A DNA stretch of 64,000 nucleotides from an uncultured Gammaproteobacteria bacterium. GTDB lineage: Bacteria > Patescibacteriota > Microgenomatia > Levybacterales > UBA12049. The notes below the pieces were generated by a model. The model was not told the origin of the DNA. It saw only the letters and a list, made by a program, of their open reading frames with translations, and did not search any database. The translations under genes were made by a program, and so were the position numbers. Numbering within the stretch: position 1 is the stretch's first letter; each line of letters starts with the position of its first letter. Positions 56,833 through 64,000 of this stretch are shown here, one piece after another. The stretch spans positions 124,127 through 188,126 of the forward strand of contig CAYRJZ010000003.1 of the NCBI GenBank assembly GCA_964424775.1. Reading direction: 5' to 3'.

Positions 56833-57912
56833 TTACGTTCTATCAAAGACAATATGTGGAAGATTTTCCTTCTGTGTTGCTGCTGATACAAGACCAAACC
56901 TAGTCTTTTCATAATATTCTTCAAGTGTATGTGCCCCAACATATGACATAGAGCTTCGAAGCCCACCACTTATATCACGGACGACATGTTCTACAGGTCC
57001 AATAGCATCAACAAGTGTTTTAATTCCTTCAGCAGTTCTATGATCTGTAAGTGGAATATCATAGGTATTCATATAATCTGATGACGCCTGTCCCCTCACA
57101 ACTTTTTTCCTTTTACCTTTATCCTCAACTATCTCACCAGGTGTCTCATCAGTTCCTCCGAACATAGATCCGATCATTACCATTTCTGCTCCTGCAGCTA
57201 AAGCTTTCCCTACATCTCCTGGAGATTTTATTCCACCATCAGCAATAACATAAATACCTGTCTCCGTTGTTTCAAAAACAGCTGAAAGTTGTGGTACTCC
57301 AATTCCTGTTTTTACTCGGGTTGTACAAAGTCCACCACCACCAATACCCACTCTAGCTATATCAATTCCATACCTTTGATAATCTTCAGCTTGTTCAAAG
57401 GTGGCAATATTCCCAGCAACTATTGTTAAGTCCAATTTATCTTTTATTTCATGAGCTAAATTCTTAACAGCGGTAGTTCCTCCATTCGCGACATCAAGAA
57501 GCACCATCTGCGCTCCTCTTTCTTTAAGCATTTTTGCATGTTCAAATCCCCCAATCCCTTCCCGCCCAGGCTTGAGACCAACTGAATAGAGACATGGGAT
57601 ATTATTCTCTGAATATTGCTCGCACAAGTCCAAACTATCTTGAACATGACCTCGAGGAAGCGCCCCTATTCCACCGAGCTCGGCCATTTTCCTGACCATT
57701 TCATCACCAGTTATTGTGTCCATTGGTGCAGTTACTATTGGAAGAGATAAGCTATACGGTCCGAAACATACACTGGTGTCAACATTTTTTCTTGACTCAA
57801 CTTCTGAATTTCGAGGCATGATGAGAACATCATCATATGTAAGACTCATTGCTTGAGGAACATCTGGCCAAGTAGCAGTTTTTCCCAGTCCCTGATAAAA
57901 CTCTTTCGACAT
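56833..57912 (-). CDS. IMP dehydrogenase/GMP reductase family protein lacking CBS domains
   Basis: TIM-barrel active-site loop [11 protein letters not shown] (catalytic Cys) and GGIGAL. At 359 aa it has no room for a CBS pair. Confidence 0.72.
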   Translation of the reverse strand: MSKEFYQGLGKTATWPDVPQAMSLTYDDVLIMPRNSEVESRKNVDTSVCFGPYSLSLPIVTAPMDTITGDEMVRKMAELGGIGALPRGHVQDSLDLCEQYSENNIPCLYSVGLKPGREGIGGFEHAKMLKERGAQMVLLDVANGGTTAVKNLAHEIKDKLDLTIVAGNIATFEQAEDYQRYGIDIARVGIGGGGLCTTRVKTGIGVPQLSAVFETTETGIYVIADGGIKSPGDVGKALAAGAEMVMIGSMFGGTDETPGEIVEDKGKRKKVVRGQASSDYMNTYDIPLTDHRTAEGIKTLVDAIGPVEHVVRDISGGLRSSMSYVGAHTLEEYYEKTRFGLVSAATQKENLPHIVFDRT

Positions 57913-57951
57913 AAGAAAAGTAGTATACTATTCTTTGTCGGAAATGCAAGA

Positions 57952-58455
57952 TTAGCGCTCTAATGTAAGAAAAGTAAATGTTCTCCCGTTTTCTTCCCCT
58001 GATTCTTCCTCAAGTATCTTCTTAAAATCTGAATAGTCTGGAAAATAGACATCACCTTGCACCTGTTCATGAACAATAGTCAGATAAAGTCTATTTACTT
58101 TTTTTATAGCCTCTGCAAACACTTGTCCTCCACCAAAAATAAATATTTCTGAGTCACCACCAGGACATTTTTTAGCAATTTCAATTGCATCTTCAAGAGA
58201 TGACGCCTTCCTGACACTTGCGGGTACATTTAATTTTTCTGGCTCACGAGATATGATAATTGATGTTCTCCCAGGCAATGGCATCCCAATTGATTCATAG
58301 GTTTTTCTTCCCATAATAAGCGGATGTCCCATGGTGATAGTCTTGAGTCTTTTCATATCAGATCGAAGATGCCAAGGTAAATTATTATCACGGCCGATGA
58401 CTAGATTTTCAGAAAGTGCAGCAATGATGGAAAGTCTGGGAGATGAAGTTGACAT
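57952..58455 (-). CDS. folA: dihydrofolate reductase
   Basis: IIAALSENLVIGRDNNLPW...IMGRKTYESIG, the DHFR signature. Confidence 0.88.
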   Translation of the reverse strand: MSTSSPRLSIIAALSENLVIGRDNNLPWHLRSDMKRLKTITMGHPLIMGRKTYESIGMPLPGRTSIIISREPEKLNVPASVRKASSLEDAIEIAKKCPGGDSEIFIFGGGQVFAEAIKKVNRLYLTIVHEQVQGDVYFPDYSDFKKILEEESGEENGRTFTFLTLER

Positions 58456-59417
58456 TATTTCTTTTTGCCCTCAAAAAGGCCGCCTGCAACAGTAAGTTCA
58501 CCTTTGAGTACTGGATGAGGATCATAATTTTCAAGAGTAACATGCGAAGGAAGGAAATCATCAATATCCTTTACGCTATCATCAATTTTTATAGTTGGAA
58601 AAGGACGAGGATCACGAGAGAGCTGTTCTTTAACCTGTTCAATATGGTTTTCATAAATGTGTGCATCACCAAATGTATGAATGAATTCCCCTGGCTGAAG
58701 CTTAAGAACTTTTGCCAAAATAATTGTTAAGAGTGAATAACTCGCAATATTAAATGGAACTCCGAGAAAAAGATCCGCACTTCTCTGATAAAGTTGGAGG
58801 TAGAGTTTTCCATCCTTTTGACTCACTTGATACATATTGTGGCAAATTGGAAATCTATTCGCATCTTCTGGAAGTGCCATTGTATAAAGATATTTAGGAT
58901 CCCAAGAAGTAACAATTGCATTTCGAGCGTCCGGATCTTCAGTTAGTTCATTAATTACCCAACGAAGTTGATCAATTGTTCGCTCAGTTCCAGTTGGCCA
59001 TCGTCTCCAACTTTCTCCATATATATGTCGCAATTCACCATGAATTTTTGCAAATTCTGTGTCATCTTTAATTTTTTGTACAAATTCCTCTTTACTTATT
59101 TCTGGGGACTCACCTTTCTTGACTTTACTCATATATAATTTATATGGATAGTCATCCCAAATATGGACATTGTTATCGACGAGGTATTTGATATTCGACT
59201 GCCCAGACATGAACCAGTACAACTCATGAAGAACACCTTTCCAGTAAACTTTTTTCGTTGTTAAAAGAGGAAATCCTTCAGATAAATCATAACGTGTTTG
59301 TCGACCAAAAAGACTATATGAAACAGCTCCCGTTCCACGATCGACATTTTTAATTCCCGTATCAAGAACTTCTTGAAGTAAATTTAGATATTGATATTCA
59401 GGATGTTGTTTGGTCAT
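58455..59417 (-). CDS. thyA: thymidylate synthase
   Basis: Conserved FPLLTTKKV, LPPCH-region (FPICHNMYQ) and the C-terminal motifs. 1-bp overlap with folA. Confidence 0.92.
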   Translation of the reverse strand: MTKQHPEYQYLNLLQEVLDTGIKNVDRGTGAVSYSLFGRQTRYDLSEGFPLLTTKKVYWKGVLHELYWFMSGQSNIKYLVDNNVHIWDDYPYKLYMSKVKKGESPEISKEEFVQKIKDDTEFAKIHGELRHIYGESWRRWPTGTERTIDQLRWVINELTEDPDARNAIVTSWDPKYLYTMALPEDANRFPICHNMYQVSQKDGKLYLQLYQRSADLFLGVPFNIASYSLLTIILAKVLKLQPGEFIHTFGDAHIYENHIEQVKEQLSRDPRPFPTIKIDDSVKDIDDFLPSHVTLENYDPHPVLKGELTVAGGLFEGKKK

Positions 59418-59418
59418 A

Positions 59419-59958
59419 TTACACTTGAACTTCTCTTTTTGTTGCGGCTACACGCCCACCTTGCCACTGACCCCGATATTGACTGCCTTCACCTAATACT
59501 TCTTCAAATTGAGCATGGACAAACCGTGCTCCCATCTCGATTGTCACTTCAATAGGTCCTTCATTTTTCAATCCAAATGTTAATTTCCCAGAATACCCTG
59601 GCGCGCCATTCCCAGTTCGTAAAAAGAGTCCACTTCTAAAGGTTGTTGTTCGAGGTTTGAAATTAACGGTAAGCCAGAGAGGAATATTTACTTTCTCAAT
59701 TGTAGATACTAAAAAGTAATCACCTGGCTTGATTGTAATTGTTCTTTTTTCACCTGCTTTGTACTCCTCTATAAGTTCAATATCAGCAGTTTTTCGTTCT
59801 GTTTCTCCCAAGAAAGCGTCACCAGAGATTTTATACACTTCACCAAGTCTCAGGTCAAACCCGGCACCTTCCGGATTGGTAAGTTCACGTTCTGACAATC
59901 CTTCTACTAATTTCTCTTTTTCTACTAATTCGAGTAATGCTTTTGGTCCGAGTATCAT
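59419..59958 (-). CDS. dCTP deaminase/dUTPase-superfamily protein (second paralog)
   Basis: dUTPase-like beta-barrel motifs (GAGFDLRLG, PGDYFLVSTIE). Distinct from the canonical Dcd at 61772..62344. Confidence 0.65.
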   Translation of the reverse strand: MILGPKALLELVEKEKLVEGLSERELTNPEGAGFDLRLGEVYKISGDAFLGETERKTADIELIEEYKAGEKRTITIKPGDYFLVSTIEKVNIPLWLTVNFKPRTTTFRSGLFLRTGNGAPGYSGKLTFGLKNEGPIEVTIEMGARFVHAQFEEVLGEGSQYRGQWQGGRVAATKREVQV

Positions 59959-60704
59959 AATTTTTTTGGAGATTTCTTGAGTATTTGTATCATATTTTCT
60001 GTAACGTCATCAATAGAACACTCTGCATCAATTACGTGAAATTCTTCTGGGAATTCTTGGAGAAGAAGGTCATACCCTCTTTTCACTGATTCCATAACAT
60101 CCTTCTTTTCATAAATATCATGATCGTCTCGTCGCTTCATTCTTTTCAATGCTGTGCCTGGTGAAACAGATAAGTAGATAGTCAAATCGGGAACGTAAAA
60201 TTGATTGTGCTTTGATAAAAGTCCATTTGCAATCATAAGACTTTGTGCATAGGAAATATCTGAGCCTTTGTTATTATCCCAAAGACCATAAGCAACAGAG
60301 GAATAACAGTGAAATCTATCAGTTATCACAATTTCTCCTTTTTGGAGTCGAGGAGCGATTTCTTCCTTTTCGAGCATACTATAGTCTGCTGAAAATAAGT
60401 ACTGGATAGCTGACTTGGGGATAACGGTATTTCCGCTCAGAACATTCTTATTGATCTCTGCCAAAACTCCTGCATCTCGCCTAGGGAACTGCATAATAGA
60501 TGCCTTTTCCCCTTCTTTTTCCAGGTACTTCTTCAATACTTCTGACTGTGTCGTTTTACCAGATCCATCAATGCCTTCCAGTGCTATATAAAAACCCGGA
60601 AAGGGATTTCTTTTTAGATCTGATGAAAACTCAAATGAATAAGACACATGAATTATAGTATCACTATTTTTCCAAAAAATCCCGTGTTTATAAGCAAAAT
60701 CCAT
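59955..60704 (-). CDS. tmk: thymidylate kinase
   Basis: P-loop LEGIDGSGKTTQ, DRF motif (ITDRFHCYS), lid region. About 35-aa N-terminal extension if the ORF-track start is used. Confidence 0.8.
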   Translation of the reverse strand: MDFAYKHGIFWKNSDTIIHVSYSFEFSSDLKRNPFPGFYIALEGIDGSGKTTQSEVLKKYLEKEGEKASIMQFPRRDAGVLAEINKNVLSGNTVIPKSAIQYLFSADYSMLEKEEIAPRLQKGEIVITDRFHCYSSVAYGLWDNNKGSDISYAQSLMIANGLLSKHNQFYVPDLTIYLSVSPGTALKRMKRRDDHDIYEKKDVMESVKRGYDLLLQEFPEEFHVIDAECSIDDVTENMIQILKKSPKKL

Positions 60705-60729
60705 GTAAATCTGCTAGAATACGCTCCCT

Positions 60730-61770
60730 ATGGAGAAAGCTAATAAAATAGGTCTTGAAGCTCAGGCTTTTACTGCTCCCAGAACGCGATTTGATATTCA
60801 AACCAAAACACAAGAGACGGTACTCATGGGTACACCTATTGATAGACCCAATGGATATGAGCCACTCATTCAAACATTTATGAGCCAACGAAATGAAGAT
60901 GGCACAAGTCGCTTCTGGCCAATTTTTATTGGATCTCATAAAGCCCATCCAGCAGGATTTCCTCTGATGGAAGAAGCAGCGTATGTACGTGATACTGCTA
61001 ATGAAGTTCTCCCTGAAGATGAGCAGCTTCGTCGCTCGCTCATAATACTTGCAGCTACCATGAAAAAAGGTCAAAGCAAAGACATCGCGACTGGATTGGA
61101 AAAGGCACAACCTGTTATTGATAAATTGCAAACAGACACACTTGGTGTTCTCAGACCAAAAGATGTTAAAGATTTTCCCGAAGAAAAAAGAAAATCTCTA
61201 CTGGAAGAAAACAGACGTTTGCAGTTAGCTACCCTTGGTAAGGTAGTTGAAAATGGGCAATCAATAATTGTCCTTCCTGAAGGAACAGTACAAAGTGGAA
61301 GATATAAAGAAGGAGGAAGGCCAGGAGAAATAAATGGATTGGTTGCTCTTCAACCCGACTCTCTTACCTACCTCGCACAAATATTGAGAAGACAAGGAAA
61401 AGAACCACTTTTGTTCTTTCTAGGAATTAGTGGGGAGAATAGAATTTATGACCCAAATCGAGGAGAAAATGGTAAAATCGTATTTAGTGCACGAGTACGT
61501 GCTGGAGCACGTGCAATACCACCTTTTGGAAGAATCGTTCCTCCCATCATGAGCGCAGTTGTTGATTTCCCTACACCTTACTCTGATATTGTGAACGCTT
61601 TTGGAACAAATGGCAGACTTGAAAGAGGAATACTGGAACAATACTGTGGAGAAAGACTTGCGCAACTCCTTCCTCTGGATGAACGAGGCAGCGTCTATAA
61701 TGATCCAGCACTTTTGCCTGAATCACCACAAATTCTTCGAAGAAATACTGATTATATTTTCAGAAGATAG
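60730..61770 (+). CDS. hypothetical protein (weak PEGT acyltransferase-like motif)
   Basis: IIVLPEGTVQSG resembles block III of PlsC-type acyltransferases, but no clear HxxxxD block. Only plus-strand gene in this stretch. Confidence 0.35.
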   Translation: MEKANKIGLEAQAFTAPRTRFDIQTKTQETVLMGTPIDRPNGYEPLIQTFMSQRNEDGTSRFWPIFIGSHKAHPAGFPLMEEAAYVRDTANEVLPEDEQLRRSLIILAATMKKGQSKDIATGLEKAQPVIDKLQTDTLGVLRPKDVKDFPEEKRKSLLEENRRLQLATLGKVVENGQSIIVLPEGTVQSGRYKEGGRPGEINGLVALQPDSLTYLAQILRRQGKEPLLFFLGISGENRIYDPNRGENGKIVFSARVRAGARAIPPFGRIVPPIMSAVVDFPTPYSDIVNAFGTNGRLERGILEQYCGERLAQLLPLDERGSVYNDPALLPESPQILRRNTDYIFRR

Positions 61771-61771
61771 A

Positions 61772-62344
61772 TTACTTTTTATCGAGATGAAGCCTGCTTT
61801 CTTCAGGACCTGCTTGAACTGCATATTTTGCTTTTTTCTTTTTGGTATAGGGAGTTTCGGCAGGACTCGATAATTCTTCAAAGGTCATTGCACAAATTCT
61901 CATCCCGGGATAGAGGGCAACAGCAATATTACTTAAATTACCAAGTTCAAGAACTGGATTTCCGTCCCATCCAGGATCAAATACTGATGCAGTTGAATGA
62001 ACAACAATTCCCAATCTTCCAAGACTAGACCTTCCTTCAAGTCGCCCAAGGAGATCCGGACTTATTGTTACTTTCTCAAGAGTAACAGCGAGAACAAAAT
62101 CCCCTGGCTGCATAATAAACCGCTCCCCTTTCCTCACTTTTATCTCACGGGTTATATCATGGGAATAATCTTTATTATTAGGATCAATAAATGGATGTTT
62201 ACTATGTTCAAAAACACGAAATGCATTTCCAAGTCTTAAATCAATAGAGCACGATCCTAACTGTTCATTAACATCTAATTTTGGGGAAACTTTAATTCTT
62301 CCTGTCTTCAAAGCCTTTTTTATATCTCTATCTGATAAAACCAT
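61772..62344 (-). CDS. dcd: dCTP deaminase
   Basis: Aligns along its length with E. coli Dcd (SDRDIKKAL, IDLRLGN, PGDFVLAVTLE, GRLEGRSSLGRLGI, DPGW). 2-bp overlap with the gene at 60730..61770. Confidence 0.88.
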   Translation of the reverse strand: MVLSDRDIKKALKTGRIKVSPKLDVNEQLGSCSIDLRLGNAFRVFEHSKHPFIDPNNKDYSHDITREIKVRKGERFIMQPGDFVLAVTLEKVTISPDLLGRLEGRSSLGRLGIVVHSTASVFDPGWDGNPVLELGNLSNIAVALYPGMRICAMTFEELSSPAETPYTKKKKAKYAVQAGPEESRLHLDKK

Positions 62345-62447
62345 ACAGGTAGTCTACAAAACTTTCTTTTTAATTACAACACGGCACAGTTATTGACAAT
62401 GTATCTCTTTCTCCTCTACGCTGTATAGTAAGGGAAAATCCCAAAAT

Positions 62448-64000
62448 ATGTGGCAACGTGTTCAGAATATTAAACCAAAACACCTCTTTTCTTTACTCGG
62501 ATTTCTATTAATTGCCGCTGTTGTTCCTCTAACATTAAGCCTTAATCAGGAGCAACAAGACGTAAGACAACGAGCAGCCGAACCAACCCCAGTTGTATGT
62601 ACAGCAGACCAACCAACAGATACTATGCTTATTTTTGATGCTTCGGGGAGTATGAAAGAAGAAACGAGTGCAACTGACCCGACTCCCAGAATAGATCGAG
62701 CTCGAGCTGCAGCAACAGCATTTGTAGATAAGATGGCTCAAAGGACTGCTTCTCCACGACATCTCATCGGGTTTTCCAAATTTAACGCTATGACTGAAGT
62801 AACACTTGAACAGGAAATGACAATTGACTATGCAAAAGTGAAGACAGCAATTGCAAATACAAATTTTGCTAGCGATACCTGTACCGAGTGTGGCATTAAG
62901 GATGCTCACGAAGCTTACCGACGTGATGATAGATCAAATGTAAAAAACGTCGCAATTCTCCTTTCAGATGGAGGTGCTACCAGATACATTGGTGCACAGC
63001 CTCCTTTCACAACAGATACTCACAGAGAAGCTGAGAAGCGTTCTGTTGATGCTGCAGTTGCCATGTACAATCAGTACAAAACAACAATATATACTATTGG
63101 ATTTGGCTCTGACGTGCGTGACGGATTTCTCAAAGAAATCGCACAAAAAACAGGTGGTAAATACTATTTTGCACCTGATGGAGCGACACTTAACCAGATC
63201 TATCAGGATATCCTGGTCATTATAGGAAAAGGAGAAGTTTCTGGAAAAGTTTATAATGATCTAAACAAGAACAATACATTTGATGGAGCTGATCAACTCC
63301 TCGCAGACCAAACAGTTGAACTAGTTAATCCAAATAATGATACACGCGTTAAAACAACGGTCACCGATGATGCAGGTGTGTATCGTTTCTCAAGCATCTG
63401 TGATGCATCATATGAAGTTCATGTCAAACCTGTTGGACAATGGACGCAGACTTATCCAAATAATCCTGATTTTTATCCAATTACCATAAGCGGCGGAACA
63501 GTTGAGGCAAATAAAGACTTTGCACTTCAAATTGTTCCAACACCTACTCCAACGAGTACACCAACACCTACCCCAACTCCCGTGCCAAATGTTACAACGT
63601 TACAATTGACGCTCTTTCTTCATGGACTTGGAAATGCTGGGGATAATGCCAATCCAAATAGTTCAAGTCTGAGTAATAAAAATCCACTTCGAACTGAAAG
63701 AGATGTAACTGTTCAAGTCTTTAATCAAGATAATCAACTTGTACGAGAAAAGACAGGAAAAGTTATCTATAGTAGTGGTACAGGCAACTTTACAGGAACA
63801 GTCAATCTTGGGGAAAATTTCCAAACTGGTTATTACACAGTAAAAATTAAATCAAAACAATACCTTACACGTCGCGTCTCACTCACACTCAATCTACGAG
63901 CTGATCAGAAAAATACTATCCCAACTGTCAGTCTAGTCACGGGTGATGTGGTCACAGATAATGCGCTCAATATTCTTGACTATAACGTCATCGTTGGCTG
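62448..64000 (+). CDS. secreted von Willebrand factor A (VWA) domain protein with CnaB/SdrD-B-like domains and TP linker, 3' end outside window
   Basis: Signal/TM LFSLLGFLLIAAVVPLTL. MIDAS motif LIFDASGSM. SGKVYNDLNKNNTFDGAD...VTDDAGVYRFS CnaB-like unit. PTPTPTSTPTPTPTP linker. Open to the window end, so absent from the ORF track. Confidence 0.7.
   Translation, partial: MWQRVQNIKPKHLFSLLGFLLIAAVVPLTLSLNQEQQDVRQRAAEPTPVVCTADQPTDTMLIFDASGSMKEETSATDPTPRIDRARAAATAFVDKMAQRTASPRHLIGFSKFNAMTEVTLEQEMTIDYAKVKTAIANTNFASDTCTECGIKDAHEAYRRDDRSNVKNVAILLSDGGATRYIGAQPPFTTDTHREAEKRSVDAAVAMYNQYKTTIYTIGFGSDVRDGFLKEIAQKTGGKYYFAPDGATLNQIYQDILVIIGKGEVSGKVYNDLNKNNTFDGADQLLADQTVELVNPNNDTRVKTTVTDDAGVYRFSSICDASYEVHVKPVGQWTQTYPNNPDFYPITISGGTVEANKDFALQIVPTPTPTSTPTPTPTPVPNVTTLQLTLFLHGLGNAGDNANPNSSSLSNKNPLRTERDVTVQVFNQDNQLVREKTGKVIYSSGTGNFTGTVNLGENFQTGYYTVKIKSKQYLTRRVSLTLNLRADQKNTIPTVSLVTGDVVTDNALNILDYNVIVG

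Noticed and set aside
62535-63225. Short ORFs 62535..62909(-), 62964..63146(-), 62968..63225(+)
   Set aside because: They lie inside, and in other frames than, the long open VWA-protein frame, which has clear domain motifs.

Overview
The window is 64 kb of a low-GC (roughly 38-40% by eye), gene-dense bacterial chromosome. By inference it looks like a reduced-genome, Patescibacteria/CPR-like organism: short EF-Ts, no pyrH between tsf and frr, and many large secreted proteins. Most of it is housekeeping. Identified genes include PBP1A, L,D-transpeptidase, LepB, UppS, CysS, CorA, RecR, Prs, YbaB, DnaX, YbeY, S21, ProS, zwf-pgl-gnd, RseP, Frr, EF-Ts, S2, GlyA, FolA, ThyA, Tmk and Dcd. Three regions stand out. 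(1) A roughly 4-kb high-GC island (about 55-58% GC by eye) at 16.4-20.3 kb sits between uppS and cysS. It holds seven small same-strand ORFs of unknown function; at least four carry a strong SD-like RBS (GGAGG) and the rest weaker purine-rich matches. Five near-identical 40-bp hairpin repeats plus one degenerate copy lie immediately 3' of the ORFs, and there are two classes of conserved palindromic 5' leaders. This is an integron-like, integrase-less cassette array or a novel modular small-gene system. (2) A separately high-GC ArsB/NhaD-like transporter gene is flanked by long GC hairpins. (3) A secreted-protein locus at 42-55 kb contains degenerate cupredoxin-like proteins, Cys-pair-repeat proteins, and a tandemly duplicated four-gene module: cupredoxin-like, Tat-signal protein, membrane-anchored protein, and a ~940-aa Cys-rich/CnaB-like surface giant. 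Two partial genes that run off the window edges are missing from the ORF track: PurK at the 5' end and a VWA/CnaB surface protein at the 3' end.
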